Under the pieces are notes generated by a model, which saw only the letters and a list, made by a program, of their open reading frames with translations, was not told where the DNA came from and did not search any database. A stretch of DNA of 64,000 bases from Dehalococcoidia bacterium (GTDB taxonomy: Bacteria > Chloroflexota > Dehalococcoidia > Lucifugimonadales > JAGWBF01), in the NCBI GenBank assembly GCA_963663025.1, contig OY760073.1:613567-677566 (forward strand), written 5' to 3'. Positions 9,241 to 18,129 of this stretch are shown piece by piece (position 1 is the stretch's first letter; each line of letters starts with the position of its first letter). A program made the translations under genes and the position numbers.

Positions 9241-10317
9241 TTGGCTGAGTACAAGATTGCCTTAATCCCCGGTGATGGCGTCGGCTCGGAAGTGGTCGCA
9301 GAAGGCACCAAGGTGCTGGACGCCCTGGCCACCAGGGACGGGAGCTACAGCTTCGAATACTCCAGTTTCCCCTGGGGTTCCGACTACTACCGGGAGACGG
9401 GTCGAATGATGCCCGAGAGTGGATTGGAAGAGGTGGCGGCCCACGATGCCATCCTGTTCGGCGCTGTGGGAGATCCGAACATCCCCGACCACATCACCCT
9501 GCACGGCCTGATCCTGCCTATACGCCGGCAGTTCGACCAGGGTATCTGCCTGCGCCCCTCCCTCCTGTTCGACGGGGTCGAGTCGCCGTTGGCGGGAAAG
9601 GCCCCCGGGGACATAGACCTGGTGGTCTTTCGAGAAAACACCGAGGGAGAGTACGCCAACATGGGGGGTTTCATGTACCAGGGCACCCCCGAGGAGGTGT
9701 CCCTGCAGACCAGCGTATTCACCTACAGGGGGACCGAACGCATCATCCGCGCCGCCTTTGACTACGCCCAAAAGCGAAACAAAGCCAAAAAGGTGACCTC
9801 GGTTACCAAGTCCAACGCCATGCAGTATGGCATGGTGTTCTGGGACCGGGTGTTCGATGAGGTGGCCTCGGACTATCCCGACATCGAGACCGAGTCCCTG
9901 CTGGTTGACCGGGCCTGCATGGACTTGGTGCGCCGCCCCGAGTCCTTCGATGTGATGGTGGCATCCAACCTGTTCGGGGACATCATCACCGACATCGCGG
10001 CGATAGTTACGGGCAGCATGGGCTTGGCGCCCAGCGCCAACATAAATCCCTCCCGCGCATATCCGTCCATGTTCGAGCCGGTACACGGCGCGGCCTTCGA
10101 TATAGCAGGGCAGGGGCTCGCCAACCCCCTTGCCACCATCCTGGCGGCGGCGATGATGCTGGAGCACTTCGGCGAAGCTAAAGCTGCGTCGGATGTGGAG
10201 ACCGCGGTGAAGCGAAACCTGAGTGAGGGCTTGGTGCGCACAGCGGACTTGGGAGGCAGGGCAACGACCTCCCAGGTAGGCGATGAGATAGTGAGACTTC
10301 TGACCGCCGCCTCCTAA
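9241..10317 (+). CDS. tartrate dehydrogenase/decarboxylase-type member of the isocitrate/isopropylmalate dehydrogenase family
   Basis: 358 aa. KIALIPGDGVGSEV N-terminus and the NLFGDIITD motif. GAGGAGGA upstream of a TTG start. Confidence 0.8.
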   Translation: MAEYKIALIPGDGVGSEVVAEGTKVLDALATRDGSYSFEYSSFPWGSDYYRETGRMMPESGLEEVAAHDAILFGAVGDPNIPDHITLHGLILPIRRQFDQGICLRPSLLFDGVESPLAGKAPGDIDLVVFRENTEGEYANMGGFMYQGTPEEVSLQTSVFTYRGTERIIRAAFDYAQKRNKAKKVTSVTKSNAMQYGMVFWDRVFDEVASDYPDIETESLLVDRACMDLVRRPESFDVMVASNLFGDIITDIAAIVTGSMGLAPSANINPSRAYPSMFEPVHGAAFDIAGQGLANPLATILAAAMMLEHFGEAKAASDVETAVKRNLSEGLVRTADLGGRATTSQVGDEIVRLLTAAS

Positions 10318-10349
10318 CGCTAAGCATCACGGGCAGCTACGCAGGTCGA

Positions 10350-10378
10350 TTGACACACCCTATGGGCTGACGTAAAAT
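10350..10378 (+). promoter_or_regulatory. candidate sigma70-type promoter upstream of coxS-like gene
   Basis: TTGACA (10350-10355), 17-nt spacer, TAAAAT (10373-10378), about 80 nt upstream of the CDS. Confidence 0.4.
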
Positions 10379-10458
10379 CCCAACGTTCCAGGTGTCTTTA
10401 CAACGTGGTGCGAATAATCGCTGCAGTGGGCGCACCAACAATCCCAGGAGGTTGACCG

Positions 10459-10920
10459 GTGGCTACAGTTACGATGACCGTCAACGGCACCAGCTACACC
10501 AATGACGTCGAGCCCAGGCTGCTTCTTGTGCACTACATCAGGGATGTTCTGGGGCTCACCGGCACCCACGTGGGGTGTGACACCAGCCAGTGCGGGGCAT
10601 GCACTATCCGCCTTAATGGTCGTGCGGTGAAGTGCTGCACCATGTTCGCTGTGCAGGCCAACGGCGCCGAGATCACGACCATCGAAGGGATGGCCACCAA
10701 CGGGGAGCTGCACCCCATCCAGCAGGGCTTCTGGGATGAGCACGGCCTCCAGTGCGGCTTCTGCACCCCGGGTATGATCATGCTGGCCCAGCAACTCCTG
10801 GAGCGGAACCCCAACCCCACCGAGCAAGATATTCGCCGAGGCTTGGCTGGCAATCTATGCCGTTGCACCGGATACCACAACATCGTCAAGGCCATCCAGA
10901 ACGCGGCCAGCAAGGGCTAG
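10459..10920 (+). CDS. (2Fe-2S)-binding small subunit of a xanthine-dehydrogenase/CO-dehydrogenase-family enzyme (CoxS-like)
   Basis: 153 aa. Both 2Fe-2S motifs are present: [11 protein letters not shown] and CGFCTPG...CRCTGY. Confidence 0.85.
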   Translation: MATVTMTVNGTSYTNDVEPRLLLVHYIRDVLGLTGTHVGCDTSQCGACTIRLNGRAVKCCTMFAVQANGAEITTIEGMATNGELHPIQQGFWDEHGLQCGFCTPGMIMLAQQLLERNPNPTEQDIRRGLAGNLCRCTGYHNIVKAIQNAASKG

Positions 10921-10971
10921 ACTGCCTGGTCCCCTTAAACAGCATTTAGACCGCCAAAGGGAGGTCCGGAA

Positions 10972-11835
10972 ATGATTCCCAGCTCCTTCGAGTACTTTGC
11001 TCCTACAACCCTGGCCGAGGCCCAGACGTTGCTTCGTCGCTACGGAGGCGATGCCAAGGTTGTGGCAGGCGGGCACAGCCTTATCCCCCTGATGAAGATG
11101 CGCCTGTCCGAGCCCGGGTATCTCATAGACCTGGGGGGCGTCGAGGAGTTGTCCTACATCCGGGAGGACGACGGCGGACTGGCCATAGGGGCTATGACAA
11201 CCTACTACGACATTGAGAGCTCGCCCTTGGTCAAGAGCAGGTTCCCAGTGCTTGCCGAGGCTACGGCGCTGGTGGCCGACATCCAGGTGAGAAACAAGGG
11301 CACCATCGGTGGGTCCATGGCCCACGCCGACCCGTCGGCGGACCTGACGGCGGTGGTGCTGGCCTTGGAAGCCGAGATGCGTTCAGGCAGCTCCAGGGCA
11401 CAGCGGAGCATGCCGGCCCACAGGTTCTTCGTGGACACCTTCACGACCACCCTTCGAGAAAACGAGATACTCACGGAGATTAAGCTGCCGGCCGTTCCTG
11501 CGAAGACCGGCGGCGCCTACAGGAAGTTCGCCAACAAGGCATCCCACTTTGCCGAGGTGGGTGTGGCCGCCCTTGTCACCATCGACGGAGGCGTTTGCCA
11601 GAGGGTTAGAATCGGCATCACCGGCGCGGGCCCGATAGCTTCGAGGGCCAAGGCCGCCGAGCGTGCGTTGGAGGGCAAGGAACCCACCGCTCGGAACATC
11701 GCCACCGCGGCAGGCCGGGCGGGCAGGGGCATCGAGTTCCAGAGCAACATCCACGCCTCGGCCGAGTACAGGGCCCACCTGACGACGGTATTTGCCCGCA
11801 GGGCACTGGAAGAGGCTGTCAGCCGGGCAGGCTAG
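10972..11835 (+). CDS. FAD-binding medium subunit (CoxM / xanthine dehydrogenase subunit M-like)
   Basis: 287 aa. FEYFAPTTLAEA...AGGHSLIPLMK...GTIGGS pattern of PCMH-type FAD-binding subunits. Confidence 0.85.
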   Translation: MIPSSFEYFAPTTLAEAQTLLRRYGGDAKVVAGGHSLIPLMKMRLSEPGYLIDLGGVEELSYIREDDGGLAIGAMTTYYDIESSPLVKSRFPVLAEATALVADIQVRNKGTIGGSMAHADPSADLTAVVLALEAEMRSGSSRAQRSMPAHRFFVDTFTTTLRENEILTEIKLPAVPAKTGGAYRKFANKASHFAEVGVAALVTIDGGVCQRVRIGITGAGPIASRAKAAERALEGKEPTARNIATAAGRAGRGIEFQSNIHASAEYRAHLTTVFARRALEEAVSRAG

Positions 11836-12365
11836 CTCGCAGCGTCAACCAGGATCCCCGTCCCGTACCCCTCCCGCTTGTGGGCTTGAGCGTTGGTGAT
11901 GTAGCTCCTGGTCGGGGCTTCCAGGCGACGACGGTTCTCTGCCGATAGGGGACGCACCTCCGCTGGGACGCCAATCACCAGGGATTCGTCGGGGATGATG
12001 GACTTGGCCCGGATCACCGCTCCCGCCCCGACGAAGCAGAAGTTGCCGATCTCTGCTTCCTCCAGCAGGACCGCATTTATGCCGATCATCACGTTGTTGC
12101 CTACGCGATGGCCGTGCAGTACCGCTCCATGGGTCACGGAGACGTTGTCGCCGATATGCAGGTAGTCGTCGGTGTGCACCACGCAGGTGTCCTGGATGAC
12201 CGAGTTGCGCCCTATGGTGATGCGTCCGTAGTCGGCCCGGATCACGGCCCCCGGCCACACGCTGGAATTTTCCCCGATCTCCACGTCGCCGACGATGTAG
12301 CAGGCTTCGCTGATGAATGCTGAAGGATGAATCTTGGGTTCCTTCCCGCCGAATCCTCGGATCAT
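11832..12365 (-). CDS. gamma-carbonic-anhydrase-like / hexapeptide-repeat (left-handed beta-helix) protein
   Basis: Repeating hexapeptide text (VGDVEIGENSSVWPGAVIRAD...ITIGRNSVIQD). Start taken at MIRGFGGKEP. Its 3' end overlaps coxM convergently by 4 nt. Confidence 0.75.
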   Translation of the reverse strand: MIRGFGGKEPKIHPSAFISEACYIVGDVEIGENSSVWPGAVIRADYGRITIGRNSVIQDTCVVHTDDYLHIGDNVSVTHGAVLHGHRVGNNVMIGINAVLLEEAEIGNFCFVGAGAVIRAKSIIPDESLVIGVPAEVRPLSAENRRRLEAPTRSYITNAQAHKREGYGTGILVDAAS

Positions 12366-12514
12366 CTCTCCTCCTGTCCGAGGCAGCATTGGGGGCGCCC
12401 CGCCAAGCTTCGTTACATTCTACCACCGGTGCTCTTTCTCACATGACCCTGGGCACTGTGGGGAGAGTCCCCTATTCCCTGGTTGGAGAAAGTTGGCGTA
12501 GGGGGGGCAGGCCG

Positions 12515-12790
12515 CACCGTCATTGCGGCGGAGGCCTCAATCCAGGACGGAGCATTGCCGGAGTGCAGGTGAGTCACACCTGGGCCTTTGGCCCCAGTTC
12601 CCCTTCGATTTCCCCCTTCGAGAGCCTCAGGACAGGCTCAGGGCGAACGGGGGGAGTTAGTCATTCGTCACGGGCAAGCTGCCCAAGTGCCGCGGTTTCC
12701 TGGGTTGCGGCCTTCGCCGCAATGACGAAATGGGTGGACGTCTCCACTCCCGTCACTCCCGCGAAAGCGGGAACGACGATGCTAAGTAAG
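12515..12790. repeat. intergenic composite palindromic repeat element (copy A of a family also at ~36.0-36.2 kb and ~62.76-62.86 kb)
   Basis: 19-nt inverted pair CGTCATTGCGGCGGAGGCC (12518-12536) / GGCCTTCGCCGCAATGACG (12709-12727, 1 mismatch). The core at 12597-12650 is the reverse complement of the CCGTTCGCCCTGAG...GGAAATCGAAGGGGAAC core of the other copies. Hairpin TCCCGC-GAAA-GCGGGA at 12756-12771. GAACGACGA tail at 12771-12779. Confidence 0.5.
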
Positions 12791-12893
12791 GGACAGGCTT
12801 AGAGTGACGGAGAGCCTTAATTGACTACCGCAGGGTGGTGTGATACAAGGTAAATCGCCTCCCCAAGGAGAAACTGCTCAGTAATAGACAGCT

Positions 12894-13310
12894 ATGGCCG
12901 AATCCAAGAAACTCTACTCATTCGATGAGATACAGGTCGGAGATGCCCTGGGGTCCTACGAGTACGTATTGACCCAGGAGATGCTGGATATGTTCCGGGA
13001 ATCGGTGGACGATCCAGAGGCCCCCTTCCCAACCATCGCTATCAAGCACGATGCGACGGCTTTCGAGCTGGCGTACGAAGACCACACAGGCACTATCAAT
13101 GCAGCCAACGAAGTGGAGTTCCACGCCGCTCCGACCCCTGGCAAGATCATCAGGGTAACCGGCAGGGTTGCGAACAAGTATTTGCGAAAAGACCTGCCTT
13201 ACATCGTCCTGGAAGCCTCGGCCGTTGATGAAGATGGCAGGCTGCTGGAAAAGGTCAGGACCTATCAGTTGAAGAAACCCGATGAGCTGGGGAAGAAGTG
13301 GGAACCATGA
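12894..13310 (+). CDS. hotdog-fold protein, MaoC-dehydratase N-terminal-like subunit
   Basis: 138 aa of hotdog-like size and composition. Overlaps the following MaoC-like gene by 13 nt, suggesting a two-subunit dehydratase arrangement. Confidence 0.6.
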   Translation: MAESKKLYSFDEIQVGDALGSYEYVLTQEMLDMFRESVDDPEAPFPTIAIKHDATAFELAYEDHTGTINAANEVEFHAAPTPGKIIRVTGRVANKYLRKDLPYIVLEASAVDEDGRLLEKVRTYQLKKPDELGKKWEP

Positions 13311-13726
13311 GCGAGTATGCCGTGGGCGATAAGATGCCGTCCATCTCCCACCAGATAACCCAGGAAAAGATCAACCTGTTCGAGGCCTGCGCTATTGCCG
13401 AGAGGCAGAATGTTCACAACGATGCCGGTATAGCAGCCCAGCGTTTCGGCACTTCCCAGCCCATTGCCTCGGGAAGGATGAGCATAGCCTACGCCTCGGA
13501 AGCCCTTCGCAGGTTCCTTGGGGCCGAGGCGTTCAACACCACCGGCAAGGTCAACTTGAAGTTCCTTCGCCCTGTTAAGCAGGGCGACTCGGTGCTGGTA
13601 AGAGGTGAAGTTACCGAGGTGGCTGAGGAAGCCGGTGGCAGGCAGGTTACCGTTGAGGTCAGGTGTGAGAACCAAAACGGCGACCTTACGGCGGTGGGTC
13701 AAGGCAGCGCTCTGCTGCCCTCGTAA
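13298..13726 (+). CDS. MaoC-family (R)-specific enoyl-CoA hydratase/dehydratase subunit
   Basis: 142 aa. ...NVHNDAGIAAQRFG...IASGRM pattern resembles the MaoC hydratase motif. Confidence 0.7.
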   Translation: MGTMSEYAVGDKMPSISHQITQEKINLFEACAIAERQNVHNDAGIAAQRFGTSQPIASGRMSIAYASEALRRFLGAEAFNTTGKVNLKFLRPVKQGDSVLVRGEVTEVAEEAGGRQVTVEVRCENQNGDLTAVGQGSALLPS

Positions 13727-13768
13727 CGTCGTGCCCTAGACAAGGGCGGACGGCTGAAAGGCGGAGAT

Positions 13769-14644
13769 ATGATCGTAGATCTGATAAGGGTCGATACGGA
13801 CGACGGCATCAGCACCATCGGAGCCCTCTACCCTCCCAGGGCTGAGCCTCCGAAGGACCTGGCCGTGGACTGCATGCTCCTTATCCACGGCTCCGGGACG
13901 AACTTCTACGCGCCGCACGGCGCCGCTATGGCCGAAGACCTGAGCGCGGCGGGAATCCCGTCGCTGTCCCTCAATACCCGGGGACATGACATCATATGGC
14001 GCGACCCGGAGAACAGCGGATACTACGGCAACGCCTACGAGGTACTGCACGACTGCAACATCGACCTCAAGGCGGGAATGGACTACCTCTGGTCCCAGGG
14101 CTATCGGCACATCGGCATCCTCGGGCATAGCATGGGCGCCGTGAAGGTTGCCTATTACGCGGCTACTGCCCGGGATTCGAGGGTTCAGGTTGTGGTTCCT
14201 ATCTCCCCGGTCCGCCTGTCCTACAGCTACTACATGAAGTCCGAGGACCGCGATGAATTCGCAGGCATCATAGACCTGGCCCGCTCCTTGGAGGCCGAAG
14301 GCAAGGGAGACCAGGTGTTCAGGGTCGATTTCCCAATACCCCACATGTTCGGAGCATCGTCCTACCTGGACAAGCATGGCCCCGAAGAACGCTACAACCT
14401 TGTGCAGCTCGCCCCCAACATAGACATCCCCATGCTGGTGCTGGGCGGATCGCTGGAGACTCACACCAGGCTCCTGGACATCTGTACAGACCTGGCTGGG
14501 GCGGCGGTGAACAGCCCCCAAGCAGACCGCGTTATCATCGAAGGCGGCACCCACTCCTTGACTAACAAGCGAGAGGAGGCCGCCAAGGCAGTGGTGGACT
14601 GGCTGGCATCAGTCCGTGTCCCATCATCCCAGGCAGCCGATTAA
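13769..14644 (+). CDS. alpha/beta hydrolase
   Basis: 291 aa. Oxyanion region LLIHGSG and nucleophile elbow GHSMG. Confidence 0.7.
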   Translation: MIVDLIRVDTDDGISTIGALYPPRAEPPKDLAVDCMLLIHGSGTNFYAPHGAAMAEDLSAAGIPSLSLNTRGHDIIWRDPENSGYYGNAYEVLHDCNIDLKAGMDYLWSQGYRHIGILGHSMGAVKVAYYAATARDSRVQVVVPISPVRLSYSYYMKSEDRDEFAGIIDLARSLEAEGKGDQVFRVDFPIPHMFGASSYLDKHGPEERYNLVQLAPNIDIPMLVLGGSLETHTRLLDICTDLAGAAVNSPQADRVIIEGGTHSLTNKREEAAKAVVDWLASVRVPSSQAAD

Positions 14645-14684
14645 CACAACGCAGCCGGGCAAGGCCAGCGGGAGGTAGAGCTAG

Positions 14685-15674
14685 GTGAAACTCGCTTCTT
14701 TCCAGGTACAGACCAAGGTGGGGCGGTTCAATCGCATTGGGGCCGTCCAGGATGACAACACCCTCATCGACCTGACCTCGTCCTATGTTGCCCTGCTGGA
14801 GCACGAGGGGCGTGCCAACTGTTACGGGGCGGGAGAGGCCATCGTGCCGTCCGACATGAAGGCTTTCATCGAGGGCGGCGACTTCAGCCTGAAGGAAGCA
14901 GGGCGCGCTGTCGACTACGCCCTCCACGCGACCGACGGCGCATCTTCCCAGGGGCCCAGGGGTGAGTCCCTGGTCTTTGGTATGGGTGAAGTGGACCTTC
15001 AGCCTCCCCTGAGCCATCCCAACTCCTTGCGGGACTTCATCCTGTTCGAGAAGCATTTCCGCCGGGCCTACGATGCCATGGGAACCGAGCCTCCCGAGGC
15101 TTGGTACAAGATGCCTATCTACTACAAGGGCAACCCGTCAGCGATGATCGGCCATGGCCAGGAGCTGGAGTGGCCCGCCTACACCGAGAAGCTGGACTAC
15201 GAGCTGGAGATGACTTTGGTGGTTGGCCAGGAGGGGAGGAACATCTCTCAGAGCGATGCCATAAACCACATCTACGGCTTTTGCTGCATGAACGACTTCA
15301 GCGCCAGGGACATCCAGATGGACGAGATGAGCGTCCGGCTGGGTCCGGCCAAGGGCAAGGACTTTGCCACCTCCATCGGGCCCTGGATCGTGACTCTAGA
15401 CGAAGTTGGTGACTTCCACAGCCTGGAGATGTACGCCCGCGTCAATGGCGAAGTATGGTCCCAGGGCAACTGCCGCGAGATGTTCCATTCCTGGGAGCGG
15501 ATGATCGAACACGTCTCCTGGGAAGAGACCTTATATCCCACGGACATCATGGGGTCGGGCACGGCGAATCGGGGCTGTGGACTGGAAATAGACCGGTGGC
15601 TAAAGCCCGGCGACACAATCGAAATCGAGATTGAGAAACTCGGGATTCTCAGCAACAAGATAGTCCGCCGGTAG
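14685..15674 (+). CDS. fumarylacetoacetate hydrolase (FAH) family protein
   Basis: 329 aa. ELEWPAYTEKLDYELEMTLVVG...MNDFSARDIQ pattern of the FAH catalytic domain. Confidence 0.85.
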   Translation: MKLASFQVQTKVGRFNRIGAVQDDNTLIDLTSSYVALLEHEGRANCYGAGEAIVPSDMKAFIEGGDFSLKEAGRAVDYALHATDGASSQGPRGESLVFGMGEVDLQPPLSHPNSLRDFILFEKHFRRAYDAMGTEPPEAWYKMPIYYKGNPSAMIGHGQELEWPAYTEKLDYELEMTLVVGQEGRNISQSDAINHIYGFCCMNDFSARDIQMDEMSVRLGPAKGKDFATSIGPWIVTLDEVGDFHSLEMYARVNGEVWSQGNCREMFHSWERMIEHVSWEETLYPTDIMGSGTANRGCGLEIDRWLKPGDTIEIEIEKLGILSNKIVRR

Positions 15675-15730
15675 GAGCGCCCGCCATCTGGCTTCCCCTG
15701 GCCCTCCTCTTTCCCGCCCTCACGGGGGCG

Positions 15731-16597
15731 GTGAACATCCTCGACAAGTTCATCATCGACCGCCACGCCCCCAACGTTTACGTCTATGCTGCGTGGATTG
15801 GCGTTCTAGAGCTGATCATCGGCGTGGTCAGCTTGGCCGTCGTGGTCGGAATCCAGGGCGTATCGGCACCCTCCTTTGGCGGAGGCGCCGCTATCGGGGC
15901 CGTATCGGCCACCGGGCTGATGTTCCTGCTGGCCGCCCTCAAGTACGGGCAGGTAAACCGGGTTGTTCCCATCTGGTTTACATATCCGCTGCTTGTGGCC
16001 CCCGTCGCTGCGGTGTTTCTCGACGAGCAGCTATCGGCCATCGCCCTTGGGGCCATACTGCTGGCTGTGGTGGGGGCAATACTGGTCTCCTGGGAGGGAG
16101 AAAGCTCAAGTGGCCGCTTCGGCCATCCGGCAGCTCTGCTCCTGGCGTTGGGCGCGTCGGCGGGCTGGGCACTCTCCTTCATCCTGAGCAAACACTTCCT
16201 GGAAGGAGGCCACTTCTGGCAGGTGTTCGCATCCTACCGGCTGGGCTTCGCCCTGGTGATGCTCATGGGAGTAGGTTCCCGGCGAGTGCGCACCTCGGCC
16301 CTCAGGCTGACGCGGGACGCGACCTTCGTGTCGCTTATCCTACTTGCCGAACTGGTCATTACGGTGGTGGTGATAACCAGGTTCGCAGCGGTGTCACTGG
16401 GCCCTGACGTATCCATCATCGCAGCCATTAGCGCCGTTCAGCCGGCTTTGGTTTACCTCTACTCCCTCGTGCTGGCAGGGGTGTCACCGCTCATGTTCGG
16501 CTCCTGGGTAAACAGGGGCACGTTCTTTACCCAGTCGGGAGGCATCCTGGCCATTACCGCCGCCGTTGTCATCATTTCGCTGAAGGGCGAGGGTTGA
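15731..16597 (+). CDS. EamA/DMT-family transporter (start uncertain)
   Basis: 288 aa with about 9-10 hydrophobic helices. First canonical start is GTG 15731, but TM-like text (AIWLPLALLFPALTGA) is encoded in frame upstream with no ATG/GTG/TTG. Confidence 0.7.
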   Translation: MNILDKFIIDRHAPNVYVYAAWIGVLELIIGVVSLAVVVGIQGVSAPSFGGGAAIGAVSATGLMFLLAALKYGQVNRVVPIWFTYPLLVAPVAAVFLDEQLSAIALGAILLAVVGAILVSWEGESSSGRFGHPAALLLALGASAGWALSFILSKHFLEGGHFWQVFASYRLGFALVMLMGVGSRRVRTSALRLTRDATFVSLILLAELVITVVVITRFAAVSLGPDVSIIAAISAVQPALVYLYSLVLAGVSPLMFGSWVNRGTFFTQSGGILAITAAVVIISLKGEG

Positions 16598-16695
16598 GCT
16601 TGGCCTGGAGATGCAGAATATGGGTAGCACCAGTCGGCAGTTGTATGCGGTTGACCTGTAATTAACCAGACCTTATAGTTACGCCCGCATGGTGA

Positions 16696-17520
16696 GTGCC
16701 TCCAGACGATACACGGGTCTTCCGACGACCCCTTCCATACTGCAGGCGGCTGGTTAGCACGTTGGCCGACCTGTTGCTGGTCCATGACCTGGGGCATAGC
16801 TCGCGTTTCTGGGGGCCGGTCTGGGGCCACCTGACAGCACCCCGTGAACATCCACCCCGTCTGCACCAACAGCCCGCTGTAGGCAAGGTACATGCCATGG
16901 ACCTGCCCGAGCACGGCGATGCGCCCGCTTCGAACGGGCAGAGGCCCTCCTACCGGAACTACGTTTCTGCCATTATCGAGGAGGTGGAGCGCCAGGACCT
17001 GAGAGATGTGGTCCTGGTAGGCCACGGGTTCACCGCCCCGATGTTGCTGCAGGCTGCCGGGGAAATGGTCCAGCCCCCCAAGCAGATCATCCTGTTCGCG
17101 GGCGTAGTGCCCCACAGGGGAAGACCGGCGCCCAACCTGATTGACCGCAAGCTCAAGCTGATACTGATGCTGTCGGGCATGAGGACCATAGGTACGGGCA
17201 GGATCAAACTTCCCGGCCTTGCCGTAACCCGCTTTTACTGCAATGGTATGGACCCTTTCCAGATGGTACCGGTGCTGGGGCGATTCGAGCCCATGCCACT
17301 CAACATCTTCCGGGCAAAGGCGCGCCCTCCCGATCTCCGTGAGACGTGTCCCGTGGCGTATGTGCCTCTGTCCAGAAACAATGTGGTCTCGGTGAAAACC
17401 CAGGAGTTGATAGCATCCGCCATCCCCGGCGCAGCCCTTGCTCCCAGCCTGAACACTTGTCACGAGGCCATGATCGAGAAGCCCCTTGAGGTCGCAGAGG
17501 TCATTCTCAGCTACTGCTGA
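16696..17520 (+). CDS. alpha/beta hydrolase-fold protein (start uncertain)
   Basis: LLLVHDLGHSSRFW... and VLVGHGFTAP are consistent with the alpha/beta fold, but the usual GxSxG Ser is replaced (GHGFT). A TTG at 16762 is an alternative start. Confidence 0.55.
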   Translation: MPPDDTRVFRRPLPYCRRLVSTLADLLLVHDLGHSSRFWGPVWGHLTAPREHPPRLHQQPAVGKVHAMDLPEHGDAPASNGQRPSYRNYVSAIIEEVERQDLRDVVLVGHGFTAPMLLQAAGEMVQPPKQIILFAGVVPHRGRPAPNLIDRKLKLILMLSGMRTIGTGRIKLPGLAVTRFYCNGMDPFQMVPVLGRFEPMPLNIFRAKARPPDLRETCPVAYVPLSRNNVVSVKTQELIASAIPGAALAPSLNTCHEAMIEKPLEVAEVILSYC

Positions 17521-17620
17521 ATAGCGCCAGAGCCTGGGCCGATGTGGCAGTCCGGCTGTTCCGGCGTGATAGAATAGCTCATCAAGTCTAAATTCGCAGA
17601 ACTATATAGTTGGCGGGAGG

Positions 17621-18129
17621 TTGGCTGTGGCAAAGCTGTTGGGTGTTCGATCCATTGTACTTGTGGTTCTCTTGCTTTTGCTTGCGATGGTGGGTGCCTC
17701 AACCGCAGTAGCGCAGGGCGCGCGGACGAGAATGGCCCTTCGACATGGGAAGACGACGGTCAACTCAAAAACCATCCTAATCCCTATGGCTGTTGGGGAA
17801 CACTTTCTCCGGCGCACAAGTCAAAGCACGCAGAAGAGGGTCCAAGAGTCGTCGCCGTCGCGGAGACTCACTGTGACACAATCAGACCTAACTACATGGG
17901 TGTCAGAGTGACCATGTACAAGCAACGCTGTTTCTTGTGGTGGTGCAAATGGGTCCGCACTGGCAAAGTTGGCTACGAGGCGCTGCCCAACGTAAAGTTC
18001 GTGCAAGGTGTTGCTAAGGAGAAGTGCATCAACCGCAAGTACCTGACCAAGAGTTCCCACTGGTTCGTGGTCGGAAGCCAGTCCTACTCGTTCCGGTACG
18101 AGGAGGAGACTAGGGTCACACGCTGCTGA
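17621..18129 (+). pseudogene. secreted Cys-rich protein of unknown function with a broken frame (apparent -1 frameshift/indel near 17711-17725)
   Basis: Frame 2 (GGGAGG then TTG 17621 / GTG 17627) encodes a textbook signal peptide KLLGVRSIVLVVLLLLLAMVGASTAVAQGA, then becomes R/S/T-rich nonsense. From ~17725, frame 1 reads protein-like text (ADENGPSTWEDDGQLKNHPNPYGCWG...HCDT...RCFLWWCKW...KCINR...VTRC) to the stop at 18127-18129. Frame 1 has no canonical start before ATG 17896. Confidence 0.4.

Noticed and set aside
12317-12802. 161-aa ORF in the gap between the gamma-CA-like gene and the hotdog genes.
   Set aside because: It is the translation of the palindromic repeat element (…PFESLRTGSGRTGG…). 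It has no SD, and the same repeat occurs in non-coding contexts at 36.1 and 62.8 kb.
17896-18129. Treating the 77-aa ORF (MGVRVTMYKQRCFLWWCKW...) as a complete stand-alone gene.
   Set aside because: The same frame is open and protein-like for ~170 nt upstream without a start codon, and a perfect signal peptide sits in the -1 frame just before it. A frameshifted longer gene explains more of the sequence. The 77-aa reading remains the fallback.
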